A stretch of DNA of 63,786 nt, the filler included, from Octopus bimaculoides (taxonomy: Eukaryota), in NCBI RefSeq assembly GCF_001194135.2. It is 12 parts of 10 records of this genome, joined end to end, with 100 filler letters (N's around TTAATTAATTAA, not from the genome) between each part and the next. Parts side by side here need not be neighbours in the genome. Positions count along the whole stretch, not along the records: positions 10,669 to 20,528 come from NC_069006.1; positions 20,629 to 25,529 come from NC_068983.1; positions 25,630 to 32,315 come from NC_069008.1; 9 more parts are not named here. One strand, 5' to 3'. The notes under the pieces were generated by a model that was not told where the DNA came from, searched no databases, and worked only from the letters and a program-made list of their open reading frames with translations. Below are positions 13,480 through 26,079 of the stretch, piece by piece. A program made the translations under genes and the position numbers. How positions within the stretch are numbered: the first letter of the stretch is position 1; every line of letters begins with the position of its first letter.

Positions 13480-13937
13480 GTGAGTTCCATAATTTTTGTT
13501 TTATCTTTTGTCTCTTTGATTTTCATTCTTCTCATCTTCTCCTGGAGCGTATGACTAGCTGTGAGCATGTGCCAGTGGGAAGGTCCAAAATGGCCATAAT
13601 ATGAATCTGGTGTTTTCGCTGGACACACATGGACTGATTTTCATCTTCGTCTAATATTTATTGTGTTTATAATACATTAAGTCCATAGGGAATGTTATCT
13701 CTAGAAAAATACTGCATTTATTGGCCTATTAATGGTGTATATGTATAACCCATAGATGGTTACACACACACGCACACACACACACAAACACACACACATT
13801 TACAAGCATGGCTGTTAAGTAAGAAGATCACGTTCCTGGGTTCAGTTCCACAGAGTAAACATACAGACTGACAGACAGATAGTTAAGTAGATAACTAGAT
13901 AGACAGACAAACAGACACAGACAGACAGATAGATAAG

Positions 13938-13992
<55 letters not shown>

Positions 13993-14337
13993 CTGCTAGC
14001 TACAAAAGTTATTTTTTATTCTATCTCTGTTTATTTCCTTGTGTTCGTTTCTGTTGAAGAGCATAGGCTCAAAATGTAAAAGACTTTCTCACCTTCCCGA
14101 GCATTAAACTAATACACCTGTTTCTTGTTTATACACCTATCTTTATCTTTTGTTTTTCTATAAATTTCAACACGATAGAATGATGTATGGATGGATGGAT
14201 GGGTGGATGGATGGATGGATGGATGGATGGATGGATGGATAGATAGATAGATTGATAGGTAGATATATAGATAGATAGACAGACAGACACAAAGACAGAC
14301 AGACAGACAGACAGATAGATAGGCTGGCAGACAGACT

Positions 14338-14379
<42 letters not shown>

Positions 14380-15306
14380 TAGATATTTAAATACATAGGT
14401 TGTTAGGGAAAATCCCAGCTGTTTCCTTTTGAAATACATCTGCTCATTCCAATGTTACAATCAATATGTACCCATAGTTACTCTTGTAGGTTAATCAAAA
14501 TACACAATAAAATTGCAAATTGTGAAAATATTATTTGCACATTTATTGTATAACAAAACAGGAAATTGGGATTCTTTTGGTGTTATATATTCTCCATTAC
14601 ACATGTTTCATTTGCTAATAGGAATTACAAAGATTTACATGTTGTATAGTCATGTAAGGCATTTTCTATTAGTGACAATATACCATGCTTGAGAAGACCT
14701 GTCAAGCCAAGTGATATTGTAGTTGTGGCTGATGCTGGGGTTCCATAAGTGGCACCTGTGCCAGTGGCACGTAAAAAGCACCCACTACACTCTTGGAGTG
14801 GTTGGTGTTAGGGAGGGTATCCAGCTGTAGAAACCATGCAAAATCAGATTGGAGCCTGGTGCAGCTCCCCAGCTTACCAGTTTTCAGTCAAACTGTCCAA
14901 CCCATGCCAGCATGGAAAACAGATGTTAGATGATGATGATGATGATGATGAGATTTGTAAGAGAGCAACAGGACTTTGCTTGGCCTGGGGCTAAAGTAGA
15001 AGACAATGAATCTGAAACCCTGTGGCGAGGAAGAAAACTTCTTAACCACACAGCCACGCTGTAACAAATTTTACTACAGCCACCATCGCCACCACTCCAT
15101 TACCATCACTATCACCACAACCACTACTACTACTACCACCTCAACCACCACCACCACTACTACTACGACCACCACAACCACCAATACCACTACCACCACA
15201 ACCACTACTACTACGACGATGACCACCCCCACCACTACTCCTACTACTGCCATCACAACCACCAGTAATGGACTAATCATAGGTTGGTGTCCTTTTCGTT
15301 TTCCAG

Positions 15307-15581
15307 CAATCTCTTTATCGAGAGTAATGAAGGCACGGCATCCCAGCACACCATCGGAAGCATCTTGTCCTTACTGCGGGGCAGATCGAACAACACAAAA
15401 GCCGACATATTGTTGCATATTGCCAAGGAATTCAACAAAGCCAAGAGAAACATACCTGCAATGCCTGCTGACGCATATTCGTTACCACAACTGCAGAACC
15501 TGTTGGCTGGTTTTGGTCTCTCGTCACAGCACGGAGACCACCTCAGTTTGATCGACCGAGTAAGGAAACTGCCTGGTCTGG
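15307..15581 (+). CDS. Exon 4 of chain 1
   Basis: Acceptor gttttccag|C, donor G|gtaagt; phase 2 to 1. (F)NLFIESNEGTASQHTIGSILSLLRGRSNNTKADILLHIAKEFNKAKRN...RVRKLPGL; complex sequence between two trinucleotide arrays. Confidence 0.8.
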
Positions 15582-17234
15582 GTAAGTGTTGCTGTTCATA
15601 TTTTCTCCATTTGACTACTACTACTACTACTATGACAAATTTCACTACTACCACCACCACCACCACTACTACAAATACAGTGGCAAATTTTACTACAGCC
15701 ACCACCACCACTACCACTACCACCACTACCATCACTACCACCACAACCATTACTACTACTACAACTACTACTGCTACTACTACTAGAGTTATGTTGTATA
15801 TAGCTCAAAGATGAAAAACTGATTGAACTTCATAATAAAGCCATTTTCTGAAATATCTCATTCTTTTCATCCCTTCGGGTCGATGAAATTAGTACCAGTT
15901 GTGCACTGGGATCGAGCTAATCGACTGCCCCACCCCGCTCCCCTAAAATTTTGGGTTTTGTGCCTAAAGTAGAAAAGAAATGCTTAGCGGTATTTCGTCT
16001 GCTGTTACTTCTGAGTTCAAATATATATATATATATATATATANNNNNNNNNNNNNNNNNNNNNNNNNNNNNNNNNNNNNNNNNNNNNNNNNNNNNNNNN
16101 NNNNNNNNNNNNNNNNNNNNNNNNNNNNNNNNNNNNNNNNNNNNNNNNNNNNNNNNNNNNNNNNNNNNNNNNNNNNNNNNNNNNNNNNNNNNNNNNNNNN
16201 NNNNNNNNNNNNNNNNNNNNNNNNNNNNNNNNNNNNNNNNNNNNNNNNNNNNNNNNNNNNNNNNNNNNNNNNNNNNNNNNNNNNNNNNNNNNNNNNNNNN
16301 NNNNNNNNNNNNNNNNNNNNNNNNNNNNNNNNNNNNNNNNNNNNNNNNNNNNNNNNNNNNNNNNNNNNNNNNNNNNNNNNNNNNNNNNNNNNNNNNNNNN
16401 NNNNNNNNNNNNNNNNNNNNNNNNNNNNNNNNNNNNNNNNNNNNNNNNNNNNNNNNNNNNNNNNNNNNNNNNNNNNNNNNNNNNNNNNNNNNNNNNNNNN
16501 NNNNNNNNNNNNNNNNNNNNNNNNNNNNNNNNNNNNNNNNNNNNNNNNNNNNNNNNNNNNNNNNNNNNNNNNNNNNNNNNNNNNNNNNNNNNNNNNNNNN
16601 NNNNNNNNNNNNNNNNNNNNNNNNNNNNNNNNNNNNNNNNNNNNNNNNNNNNNNNNNNNNNNNNNNNNNNNNNNNNNNNNNNNNNNNNNNNNNNNNNNNN
16701 NNNNNNNNNNNNNNNNNNNNNNNNNNNNNNNNNNNNNNNNNNNNNNNNNNNNNNNNNNNNNNNNNNNNNNNNNNNNNNNNNNNNNNNNNNNNNNNNNNNN
16801 NNNNNNNNNNNNNNNNNNNNNNNNNNNNNNNNNNNNNNNNNNNNNNNNNNNNNNNNNNNNNNNNNNNNNNNNNNNNNNNNNNNNNNNNNNNNNNNNNNNN
16901 NNNNNNNNNNNNNNNNNNNNNNNNNNNNNNNNNNNNNNNNNNNNNNNNNNNNNNNNNNNNNNNNNNNNNNNNNNNNNNNNNNNNNTATATATATATATAT
17001 GTATGTATGTGTGTTTGTGTGCCTGTGTTTGTGTGCCTGTGTTTGTCCCCGCAACATCGCTTGACAACTGATGCTGGTGTGTTTATGCCTTCGTAACTTA
17101 GCTGTTCAGCAAAACAGACCAATAGAATAAGTACTAGGCTTACAAAGAATAGTCCTGGGGTCAATTTGCTCGACTAAAGGTGGTACTCCAGCATGGCCAC
17201 AGTCAAGTGACAACCAAGTAAAAGTATATATATA

Positions 17235-17815
17235 CGAGGAGGTACCCAAAAGTAACTGGAAACGTTCTTTGTGAAACAAGCCAGTTGTAGTTCAGGCTTC
17301 TGCCACTAGAAGTCACTTGATGCAACCTTCAGGCATCAGTCTGTCAACCAGCATCGTTCACTGGAGTCATACTGCCATGTAGTGTGCTTTTGTTATGCAG
17401 TGCTTGTCTACTGTTTATCGATTTTTGCAATGGCTGAAATGAAGGAACAGCATGCTTCCCTCAAATTCTGTTGATGAACTTGTTGATATGACTGGTGTGT
17501 CCTGGAGCTCTTGCCAAAGAATTTTGAGTGAGGAATTTTGGATGAAAACAGTTGCAGCAAAACTTGTGTCTTGCTTGTTCACGGAAGATCAGAAGCAGTC
17601 ATGGCTGAATGCAAGTTGTTCACGGAAGATCAGAAGCAGTCACGGCTGAATGCAAGTTGTTCACGGAAGATCAGAAGCAGTCACGGCTGAATGCAAGTTG
17701 TGAACTGAAAGAACAATTGAAAGTGGATCTTGCTTCCTGTTACCTTTTTTGTTACTTTGAATCGAAAATGTCCTTAAGACAAAAAACTTTTGAAGATGTG
17801 GAAGAGAAGTAGCAA
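17235..17815 (+). mobile_element. Mariner deletion derivative with an internal 41-bp triplication
   Basis: TA-cgaggaggtacccaaaagtaac TIR; translation remnants AAKLVSCLFTEDQKQSRLNASCELKEQL. A same-family 3' end with the reverse TIR lies at about 59560-59902. Confidence 0.7.
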
Positions 17816-19379
17816 AAAACTTTATTTTTTCTGTCTCCGATGAAGGGAAGTACTGGATCTTCCCAGAAACAGCTGTAAGACTCTATCCATAAAATTCTTC
17901 AACCTTACCTTTGCTCTCTTTATCCTTTTGTTTTTATATATTTGCATANNNNNNNNNNNNNNNNNNNNNNNNNNNNNNNNNNNNNNNNNNNNNNNNNNNN
18001 NNNNNNNNNNNNNNNNNNNNNNNNNNNNNNNNNNNNNNNNNNNNNNNNNNNNNNNNNNNNNNNNNNNNNNNNNNNNNNNNNNNNNNNNNNNNNNNNNNNN
18101 NNNNNNNNNNNNNNNNNNNNNNNNNNNNNNNNNNNNNNNNNNNNNNNNNNNNNNNNNNNNNNNNNNNNNNNNNNNNNNNNNNNNNNNNNNNNNNNNNNNN
18201 NNNNNNNNNNNNNNNNNNNNNNNNNNNNNNNNNNNNNNNNNNNNNNNNNNNNNNNNNNNNNNNNNNNNNNNNNNNNNNNNNNNNNNNNNNNNNNNNNNNN
18301 NNNNNNNNNNNNNNNNNNNNNNNNNNNNNNNNNNNNNNNNNNNNNNNNNNNNNNNNNNNNNNNNNNNNNNNNNNNNNNNNNNNNNNNNNNNNNNNNNNNN
18401 NNNNNNNNNNNNNNNNNNNNNNNNNNNNNNNNNNNNNNNNNNNNNNNNNNNNNNNNNNNNNNNNNNNNNNNNNNNNNNNNNNNNNNNNNNNNNNNNNNNN
18501 NNNNNNNNNNNNNNNNNNNNNNNNNNNNNNNNNNNNNNNNNNNNNNNNNNNNNNNNNNNNNNNNNNNNNNNNNNNNNNNNNNNNNNNNNNNNNNNNNNNN
18601 NNNNNNNNNNNNNNNNNNNNNNNNNNNNNNNNNNNNNNNNNNNNNNNNNNNNNNNNNNNNNNNNNNNNNNNNNNNNNNNNNNNNNNNNNNNNNCAATAGT
18701 CTTGACTCTGTCCGTTATTTACGCTGCGTTCTCTCTTTGCTTTTGCGCATGTGTGTGTCTCAGTGTGTGTGTATGTATGTGTGCATGTGTGTGTATGTAT
18801 GTCTGTGTGTGTATGTATGTGTGTGTATGCATATATGTACGTATGTGTGTGCGTTTGCATGTATGTCTGTATTCTGCATATTCCTATGTTTGTGTATTTT
18901 TTATGTATGTGTGTGAATGTGTGTATATGTATGTACCTCTGTCTCCTTGTGTGTGCATGTTTGAGTGTGTGTGTGTGTGTGTGTGCGTGTGTGTTTTGCT
19001 GCTATGTACCATGTTTGTATGTATGGGTGCACATCTCCATATGTGTGGACATGTGTCTTTGTGTGAAGTAAAGTGTGTGTGTATATGTGGTCATGTGTTT
19101 CAGTCTCTATTTGCGTATGTGGTTGTAGATATACATATATATGTGTGTGTGTGTGTGTGCATATATATATATATATGTATGTATATCTATGTATATATGT
19201 GTATGTATAACAAAAGAGAAAATGGAGCTCATGTGATTCTTTATTAATTACAGCAGTCCTTTTGATCCTTCTTGCATTGGTCCCCCTCAGCCGAAATTCT
19301 GAAGATTAGTTAAAGTTTGGGGTATTATCATCACCATCATCATTATCATCATTGTTGTCCTTGTTATTTCTATCAACAG

Positions 19380-19577
19380 TTTGCACCGGCATGCGGAATA
19401 TAATATCTAGTGGACTGGGGCACGTCTGCCTCCCAGACCGAGACTGCCTCGGACTAACTTGTAATGTCGAACTGAATTTCAATGGTGTCCAAGCTTCAAC
19501 AGAATTCGGCCTCAGATACGACAGCTGCACAGGTCAATTTTACATCACAACAGGAAAAACAACAACAATAGCAAAAG
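19380..19577 (+). CDS. Exon 5 of chain 1: Cys-rich extracellular module
   Basis: Acceptor tcaacag|TT, donor G|gtaatg; 198 nt, phase 1-1. VCTGMRNIISSGLGHVCLPDRDCLGLTCNVELNFNGVQASTEFGLRYDSCTGQFYITTGKTTTIAK (5 Cys). Confidence 0.8.
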
Positions 19578-19809
19578 GTAATGATTGCTTTTACTTTACA
19601 TCGTTTCCTTTGCTTTGCTTTAGGTTATTTTTATATATGTGTTCTTTTTTGTCATTTTTCAATGTAAGCTTAGGCTTGGGTTTGTGTGGTTAAGAAGTTC
19701 ACTTGGCAACCAAGTGGTTTCTGGTTCAGTCCTACTGCAAGTGTTATCTACTATAGCTCTGGACTGACCAATGCTTTGTGAGTGAATTTGGTAGATCAAA
19801 ACATACAAC

Positions 19810-20030
19810 TAAGGCAGTGAGCTGGCAAAAGCGTCAGCACACCGGACGAAATGCTTAGCAGTATTTCGTCTGCCATTACGTTCTGAGTTCAAATTTCAAC
19901 AAGGTCGACTTTACCTTTCATCCTTTTGGGGTTGATAAATTAAGTACCATTTATGCACTGGAGTCGATGTAATTGACTTAATCCCTTTGTCTGTCCTTGT
20001 TTGTCCCCTCTGTGTTTAGCCCCTTCTGGG
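19810..20030 (+). mobile_element. SINE family 2, near full length
   Basis: Same blocks as 2515-2745. Confidence 0.7.
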
Positions 20031-20208
20031 CAATTTCTTCTCCATCTTTGGACTTTCTCTTTTTCGACAAAGAGCTATGCTCAAAACATCAAACTCTCTC
20101 CTTTCACCGAGCATCAACCTAACACGTTTCTTGTGCACATCCTCACATTTGTTTTTACATTTTTTATTTGAATTGACTATATATATATAAATTATATATA
20201 TACATACA

Positions 20209-20460
20209 TGTGAAGGCTCAGTGGTTAGAGTTTCAAGCTTATGATTATGAGGTTGTGAGTTTGATTCCCGGACCAAGCTGCGTGTTGTGTTCTTAAGCAA
20301 GACACTTTATTTCACATTGCTCCAGTTCACTCAGTTGTAGAAATGAGTTGCGACATCACTGGTGCCAAACTGTATCGACCGTTTGCCTTTCCCTTGGATA
20401 ACATCGACAGCATTAGAGAGGTGAGGCTGGTATGTATGGGTGACTGCTGGTCTTCCATAA
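20209..20460 (+). mobile_element. tRNA-derived SINE family 4
   Basis: A-box ggctcagtggttagag, B-box gagtttgattcc, then tgttcttaagcaagacacttt core. Confidence 0.65.
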
Positions 20461-20628
20461 AAAAAAAAACACTAGGTTGTGTGTTTGCTGGCAAGGCGAC
20501 TTTCAGTCCGGGCTTGTAACCCGGAGGTNNNNNNNNNNNNNNNNNNNNNNNNNNNNNNNNNNNNNNNNNNNNTTAATTAATTAANNNNNNNNNNNNNNNN
20601 NNNNNNNNNNNNNNNNNNNNNNNNNNNN

Positions 20629-21560
20629 TGGTGCATCTTATTACAAGTCAGTAGCTTGCGGATTTTTCTATCAATTCTGACTATTTCACTGGTATTCCAG
20701 TTAAGCACATTGAAGCTATAAAGAACAACTGGGACTGCTAAGGAATTTATGACTAACACCTTATTATAAGCATTCAGCTCAGACTTCAGAACTGCTCGAA
20801 CTCTTCTATAACATTCCTTCCTAACCTTCTCTTTCATGCTTGCATGCTGGATACCAGAGCCTTCATTTATTCCTAGGTATTTATATGTTTGTTCCTGCTC
20901 AAGTTCTTTTATTACTGTTTCGACATCTAATTCTATTGAACATGACTTTACTAGTTTCCCTTTCTTAAAAGACGCTTTGGCACACTCTTCAAGGCCAAAC
21001 TCCATCCCGATATCATCACTGAATCCTTTCACAGTATGTAATAGTCTCTGAAGCTCTTCATCATCTTTGCCATATAGCTTTAAATCATCCATATAAAATA
21101 GATGGCTTATTTTCTTGTTGTCAATTTTATAGCCATCATTATTATCATTATTTTCTTCAAATTTTCTTCCATTTCTCGCCGAGTATTTTCCGTACACCTT
21201 GGGCAGAGAAACTCATTGTATGCATTCCCAGTTTACACACGCAAATTCACAAGTCAAATTCTGTAGGAGTTTCCGGTGTGTTTCTCTTGGGTTGGCCTAC
21301 TTAATGCAAAGTAATAAGCGTATATTACTTCTTTATATTCTTCCCGGTTCCATTTAGTTCTTTTACATTTTTGATTTTGTGGTCGTTGTGGTGGTGAACT
21401 TTGGGGGCTTAATTTGGGACAAATCCCGTTTAAGTGACCTTCCAGGTTCGTATTAGGGGAAGATATTCTGCCATTTAAAAATTTTTCGTCGTCAGCCTGA
21501 CAGCTTCCTAACAGGCGCACTTCCATTATAACCATTGGACAAGCGATTTGGTGTACTGTT
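20629..21560 (-). mobile_element. R4/Dong-like non-LTR retrotransposon, internally deleted (5' ORF start joined to RT C-terminal half)
   Basis: ORF 20577-21197(-): SHLFYMDDLKLY..DIGMEFGLEECA..YKYLG..ELNAYNKV..INSLAVPVVLYSF. ORF 21254-21535(-): KWNREEYKEVIYAYY. Confidence 0.8.
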
Positions 21561-21622
21561 TGAATTTTTTTTTTTTTAAGTAAAGTTAAATTATAATTCT
21601 TTTAAGTAAAGTNNNNNNNNNN

Positions 21623-21705
<83 letters not shown>

Positions 21706-21999
21706 TTGATGACGGTTAGTTGGCAGAACCACTTGGGCGTCGGAATAAATCCTTTGTGTCGTCTTTACGTTTTAAGATTAAATCCTCTCGAGATCAACTT
21801 TTCTTGTCATTTCAGGGTCGATAAAATAAAGTACCTTTCAAATACTGGTATCAGTGGTATCGACCAACCGCTTCCCTTTCAAACTGCTAGCATTTGCCTA
21901 AATGTGAAACCATTGTTGTTATTGCTGTAATTGTTGCTGCTGTTGTTGCTATGCTGTTGATGCTGTTGCTGCTGCAGTCTTCTTTTTGCTTCGTAATTG

Positions 22000-23560
22000 A
22001 TTTTGTGTAGATCCGGGTCCTCGCTATAAACATGTAGCACTTTGGAGATGATGTCACTTGAGTGACATATAATATGCGAACTGCTCTCAGTAGCGTGATC
22101 TTTTGGATTATCTAAATATTAATCTTGGCTGACATAGTACTGATAAACTTTTTGTTTTTTTCTTCTTTTTCATTTATTCTAAAAATCTAATTACCATTCG
22201 TATTATATCAGTTTCTATAATCTATACCTTGCCAATTTCAATCTCATGGTCTTTTAGAGTGATTAGATTCTTTATGACTTTCACAAATTTGTACATTTCC
22301 GATTATATTTCTATGTCAATATACAAGGACCTGTTCTTAAAAGCGATGTCTAGTTTCTTGGCTTTTATATTTCTATGTGGATGAGCAAGTCCTAGAGACT
22401 GGTGATATCGTTCTTATCAGAGACTATTTGACTAATGAGTGAATTATTTCTAAGTTGTCTCGATCTTGTAAACTCCTGTATATTTTCCTGTATACCGCTG
22501 CGCTGTTCAGTCTATGAATGTATTCGACAGTTGCTAATTCTATGGATTCAGGGGCGGTGTTAATAGTTTCTTCATACTTTCTGAATATCTTACATTGTTG
22601 GCATATTCCGTCCTTAAAGAAGCAATAATTACATTCTATTCGCTAGACTCTAGATTCGTTTTCTATAGTGACTCGTTGCCTTTCAGCCTCTGCTTTTAAT
22701 CTCCTAAGCAACTAGTGTCACTTCAGTTAGTTCACCTCTTGTACCCTTTTCAAATAATTACCGACCTTTATAGCGTATTTTAGAATTTCAAAATTTTCCG
22801 CTAACCTCAGTCTTTAGCAAAAACAAGCAATTGAGTGAAGCGGGTAGCTTCATTCAATTGGGGATTTTTGCTATTGGGGTACTTGGAGCAAAAAGTTTTA
22901 TCTTCAATTATGTTGAGTTCTTTTTTTTCCATGGTATAGATTTGTCGTTTTATAACATGGAGGAGTAGGTCATCTGTATTTTCTAAGTATATCTCAAATT
23001 TAGTAGTAATAGTCTTGAAATACATTTCAAGTTAGAATGAACTTCGTACTCCTGAAACCTTTGGTAGGCGCAGTCTGTTGACATATACTTTTGGATCGTG
23101 CATTTTCTGTATGACCAGCACTGTTCTTGTTATGGTTTCCAGTCTCTCGGTGTTCTGTTTTCAGTTGATAATGCTGAAAGTGTACGTCACTAACATGTAC
23201 TACTTTGCTGTTAATAGCTTTAAACCAGTTACCGGACTTGATTTCGTTCTTTAATACCATATGCGCTCTCTTGGTGCACTCTGTATGGATAGGTCTCGTT
23301 GAGTTAAATTATTGTTGTGTAGATTTTGAAGGTCTTGAAAATTTTCTTTAACCAGCAGCTTGGAATGTTGTCATTGCTTTCATGTAGTCACTCCAAGCTT
23401 TTTCCAGAAATGAGTAACTTCTTTCTTGATGGAGTAGAATTTGAGGTTTACAATTTGCAGGAGTGGGTCATCTATGTTTTCTATTTATATGTCAACCCAA
23501 ATACCGATAGTCTTAACGATTATTTGGAGTTAGAATAATCTTCGTTCAAGTACAAGATGA
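22000..23560 (-). mobile_element. Degenerate R4/Dong-like LINE 3' half
   Basis: Remnant ORFs VLKNEIKSGNWFKAINS and a terminal IQKITLLRAVRIL-like frame; many stops. Confidence 0.55.
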
Positions 23561-23928
23561 TAGATACAATCTGTTGATATCTCCTTTTTGGTCATTACAC
23601 CTTCTCTATAATGAATATTGTCTATTCTGGTGTTATTGTCTTAGTTCCTTGATGCCATTCTGTTTTATACGATGTTGTACAAGCTACATATTGCCATGTT
23701 CGACTTTTCCATTTTTTCTCTGTGAACTTCGATTACAACACTTCCTTTTAAGTTAGTGCCACTGTCCCCTTGCCAGTGATCAATGGTTGCTTTAGAATCC
23801 CACAATATATGATTTATTAGTTTACTACTTCAAAATAATCTTGTATATATCATGAATAAGTATCAATATTTCAATCTTCTTTTCTACGACTAATTCCCTT
23901 CTTTTGTTTTTACTTTATTATTTTACAG

Positions 23929-24492
23929 TGTGTGACAAGCCAGTTGATGTAGTATTTTTGGTGCAGGCCAGTGCTATTGGCGAAACGCAATTTGATGAAT
24001 TGAAAACTTTCGCAACGGATTTTACTGAATCCTTTACCTTGAGCTTGTATTCGGCACGAATGAGCCTTCATACGTTTACGGTTCACAGATTCTCTTTCGG
24101 TGTAAGGAATTCAGATGATCCATTACATGTACAGAAAGCTGCAAAGACATTACAGTACGTCAACGAAAGTACCTCTTCACTCTATAATATTTTCTATTAC
24201 CTGAATAAGTACAAACAAACAATCTTGAATTTGAGACACCCCATAAAAGATCATAGTGCTGTTGTTCTATTCGTTGGAAGCAACCTAATTCATGAAACAC
24301 AATCAAAGAATATGATTAAAACACTAAATAAAGCTGGCTTCAATATCTATATAGTAGCAATTGGAGAAAATGCTAATGAAAAACAGCTGCGGAATATTAT
24401 CGGCCAAACAAATACCAGTAATTTGATGTTCGCTAAGAACTTTTATGAATTAAACAATATAAAGCTCCAAATTTTAAAGAAAGCGTGCTCTG
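23929..24492 (+). CDS. von Willebrand factor A (VWA) domain exon, collagen VI/matrilin-like, MIDAS degenerate
   Basis: Acceptor ttttacag|TG, donor G|gtaagc; 564 nt, phase 1-1. CDKPVDVVFLVQAS...F..LKTF...AVVLFVGS...GFNIYIVAIG...L..I...C is the classic single-exon VWA pattern with terminal Cys residues. Confidence 0.85.
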
Positions 24493-24578
24493 GTAAGCTT
24501 TTCAGTTGACTTTTTTTTTAAATATCGAGTCCTTATCTATATACTTTTCTAAATTTATATCTATTTATAATTTTACAG

Positions 24579-24610
24579 GGCATTGTTCCCTTCGCGTTAG
24601 CTCTGCTTAA
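24579..24610 (+). CDS. Short terminal coding exon after the VWA exon
   Basis: 86-bp intron, acceptor ttttacag|GG, phase 1; reads GHCSLRVSSA then TAA at 24608-24610. Confidence 0.55.
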
Positions 24611-24694
24611 CTGAATCATGCAGATCTGTGAGAAATGATACAGAAAGAACAAAACTTTTTCTTTTAAATATCATTTATTTATTCGTTATACATA

Positions 24695-25097
24695 GGAGTG
24701 GCTGTGTGGTAAGAAGCCTGCTTACCAACCACGTGATTCCGGGTTCAGGCCCACTGCGTGGCACCTTGGGCAAGTGTCTTCTACTATAGACTCGGGCCGA
24801 CCAAAGCCTTGTGAGTGGAGTTGGTAGACGGAAACTGAAAGAAGCCTATCGTATATATGTATACATGTATGTGTGTATATGTTTGTGTGTCTGTGTTTGT
24901 CCCCCCAACATCGCTTGACAACCGAGGCTGGTGTGTTTACGTCCCCGTAACTTAGCGGTTCGGCAAAAAGGACCGATAGAATAATAAGTACTAGGCTTAC
25001 AAGGAATAAGTCCAGGGGTCGATTTGCTCAACTAAAGGCGGTGCTCCAGCATGGCCACAGTCAATTGACTGAAACAAGTAAAAGAGTAAAGAGAGAG
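24695..25097 (+). mobile_element. SINE family 1, full length, CpG-intact
   Basis: A-box ggagtggctgtgtggtaag, B-box gggttcaggccc, caccttgggcaagtgtctt core, internal (TA/TG)n tract and gtaaaagag tail. Confidence 0.85.
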
Positions 25098-25274
25098 TAT
25101 ACATTTCTTTTTACTTTGGCGAAGGGAAAACATCACCTTAAGATTTGTCCTTTACTTGCAGTGCTTGCCTCAAATATCCAGAATTGATTTTGCAAAGTGG
25201 AGTTGTTACAAAATCCATAAATACAACAATTTCGTAAAACATAGTATTTTAATTAACCTAAAAATAGTCTCAGC

Positions 25275-25328
<54 letters not shown>

Positions 25329-25889
25329 GGATGGATTGATAGATGGATGGATAGATAGATATCAAAACAAGGAGAAATTTATAAGGGATTGGTAGTTCAA
25401 GCGAAATACTTGTAAAACTTTCTGCACCAGGCTTCTAATAGAGTCTTGTGATCGCGATCCTGAAGTCCAGTTAATCCAAATCAAAGCCCATCTAACAGCC
25501 ATTGATATATATATATATATATATATATANNNNNNNNNNNNNNNNNNNNNNNNNNNNNNNNNNNNNNNNNNNNTTAATTAATTAANNNNNNNNNNNNNNN
25601 NNNNNNNNNNNNNNNNNNNNNNNNNNNNNTATATATATATATATATGTACATATATACAACGGGCTTCTTTTAGTTTCCGTCTATCAAATCCACTCACAA
25701 GGCTTTGGTCGGCCCGAGGCTATAGTAAAAGACACTTGCCCAAGGTGCCACGCAGGGGGATTGAACCCGGAACCATATAATTCGTAAGCAAGCTACTTAC
25801 CACACAGCCACTCCTACACCTATATCATCATATTTATCTTTTTCTTTTTATATATCTTTTATGTCTTTACTATTATTATCCCCTTTCAG

Positions 25890-26065
25890 AAGACCCTACT
25901 AAGTCGTACCTAATCGATGCAAATGTGATGAGCGACAAACTGTTCATAGTGAAAGCATCTGAAGCCAAAACTGGTCGGACAGATGTTGACATGCAGTTCC
26001 GTCTCAATAATGAGATTTTGCACTCTAACATCAAATGGAGGCCAGATATCACAGATTATCTCAAG
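25890..26065 (+). CDS. Exon A of apolipophorin-like large lipid transfer protein (LLTP) chain
   Basis: Acceptor cctttcag|AA, donor AAG|gtaaat; phase 1 to 0. DPTKSYLIDANVMSDKLFIVKASEAKTGRTDVDMQFRLNNEILHSNIKWRP resembles the LNxxxxLHSRxxWRP motif I recall from invertebrate apolipophorin-like proteins. Confidence 0.8.
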
Positions 26066-26079
26066 GTAAATGTCCCCAC

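Noticed and set aside
17575-17697. CRISPR-like direct repeats
   Set aside because: The units abut with no spacers, lie inside a mariner, and no cas genes are present; the DNA is eukaryotic.
20462-20628. LINE apparently bridging the 20529 linker, which would prove contiguity of the M23 and VWA scaffolds
   Set aside because: 20462-20528 resembles the 5' end of the family on (+), whereas the element from 20629 is on (-); they are not colinear.
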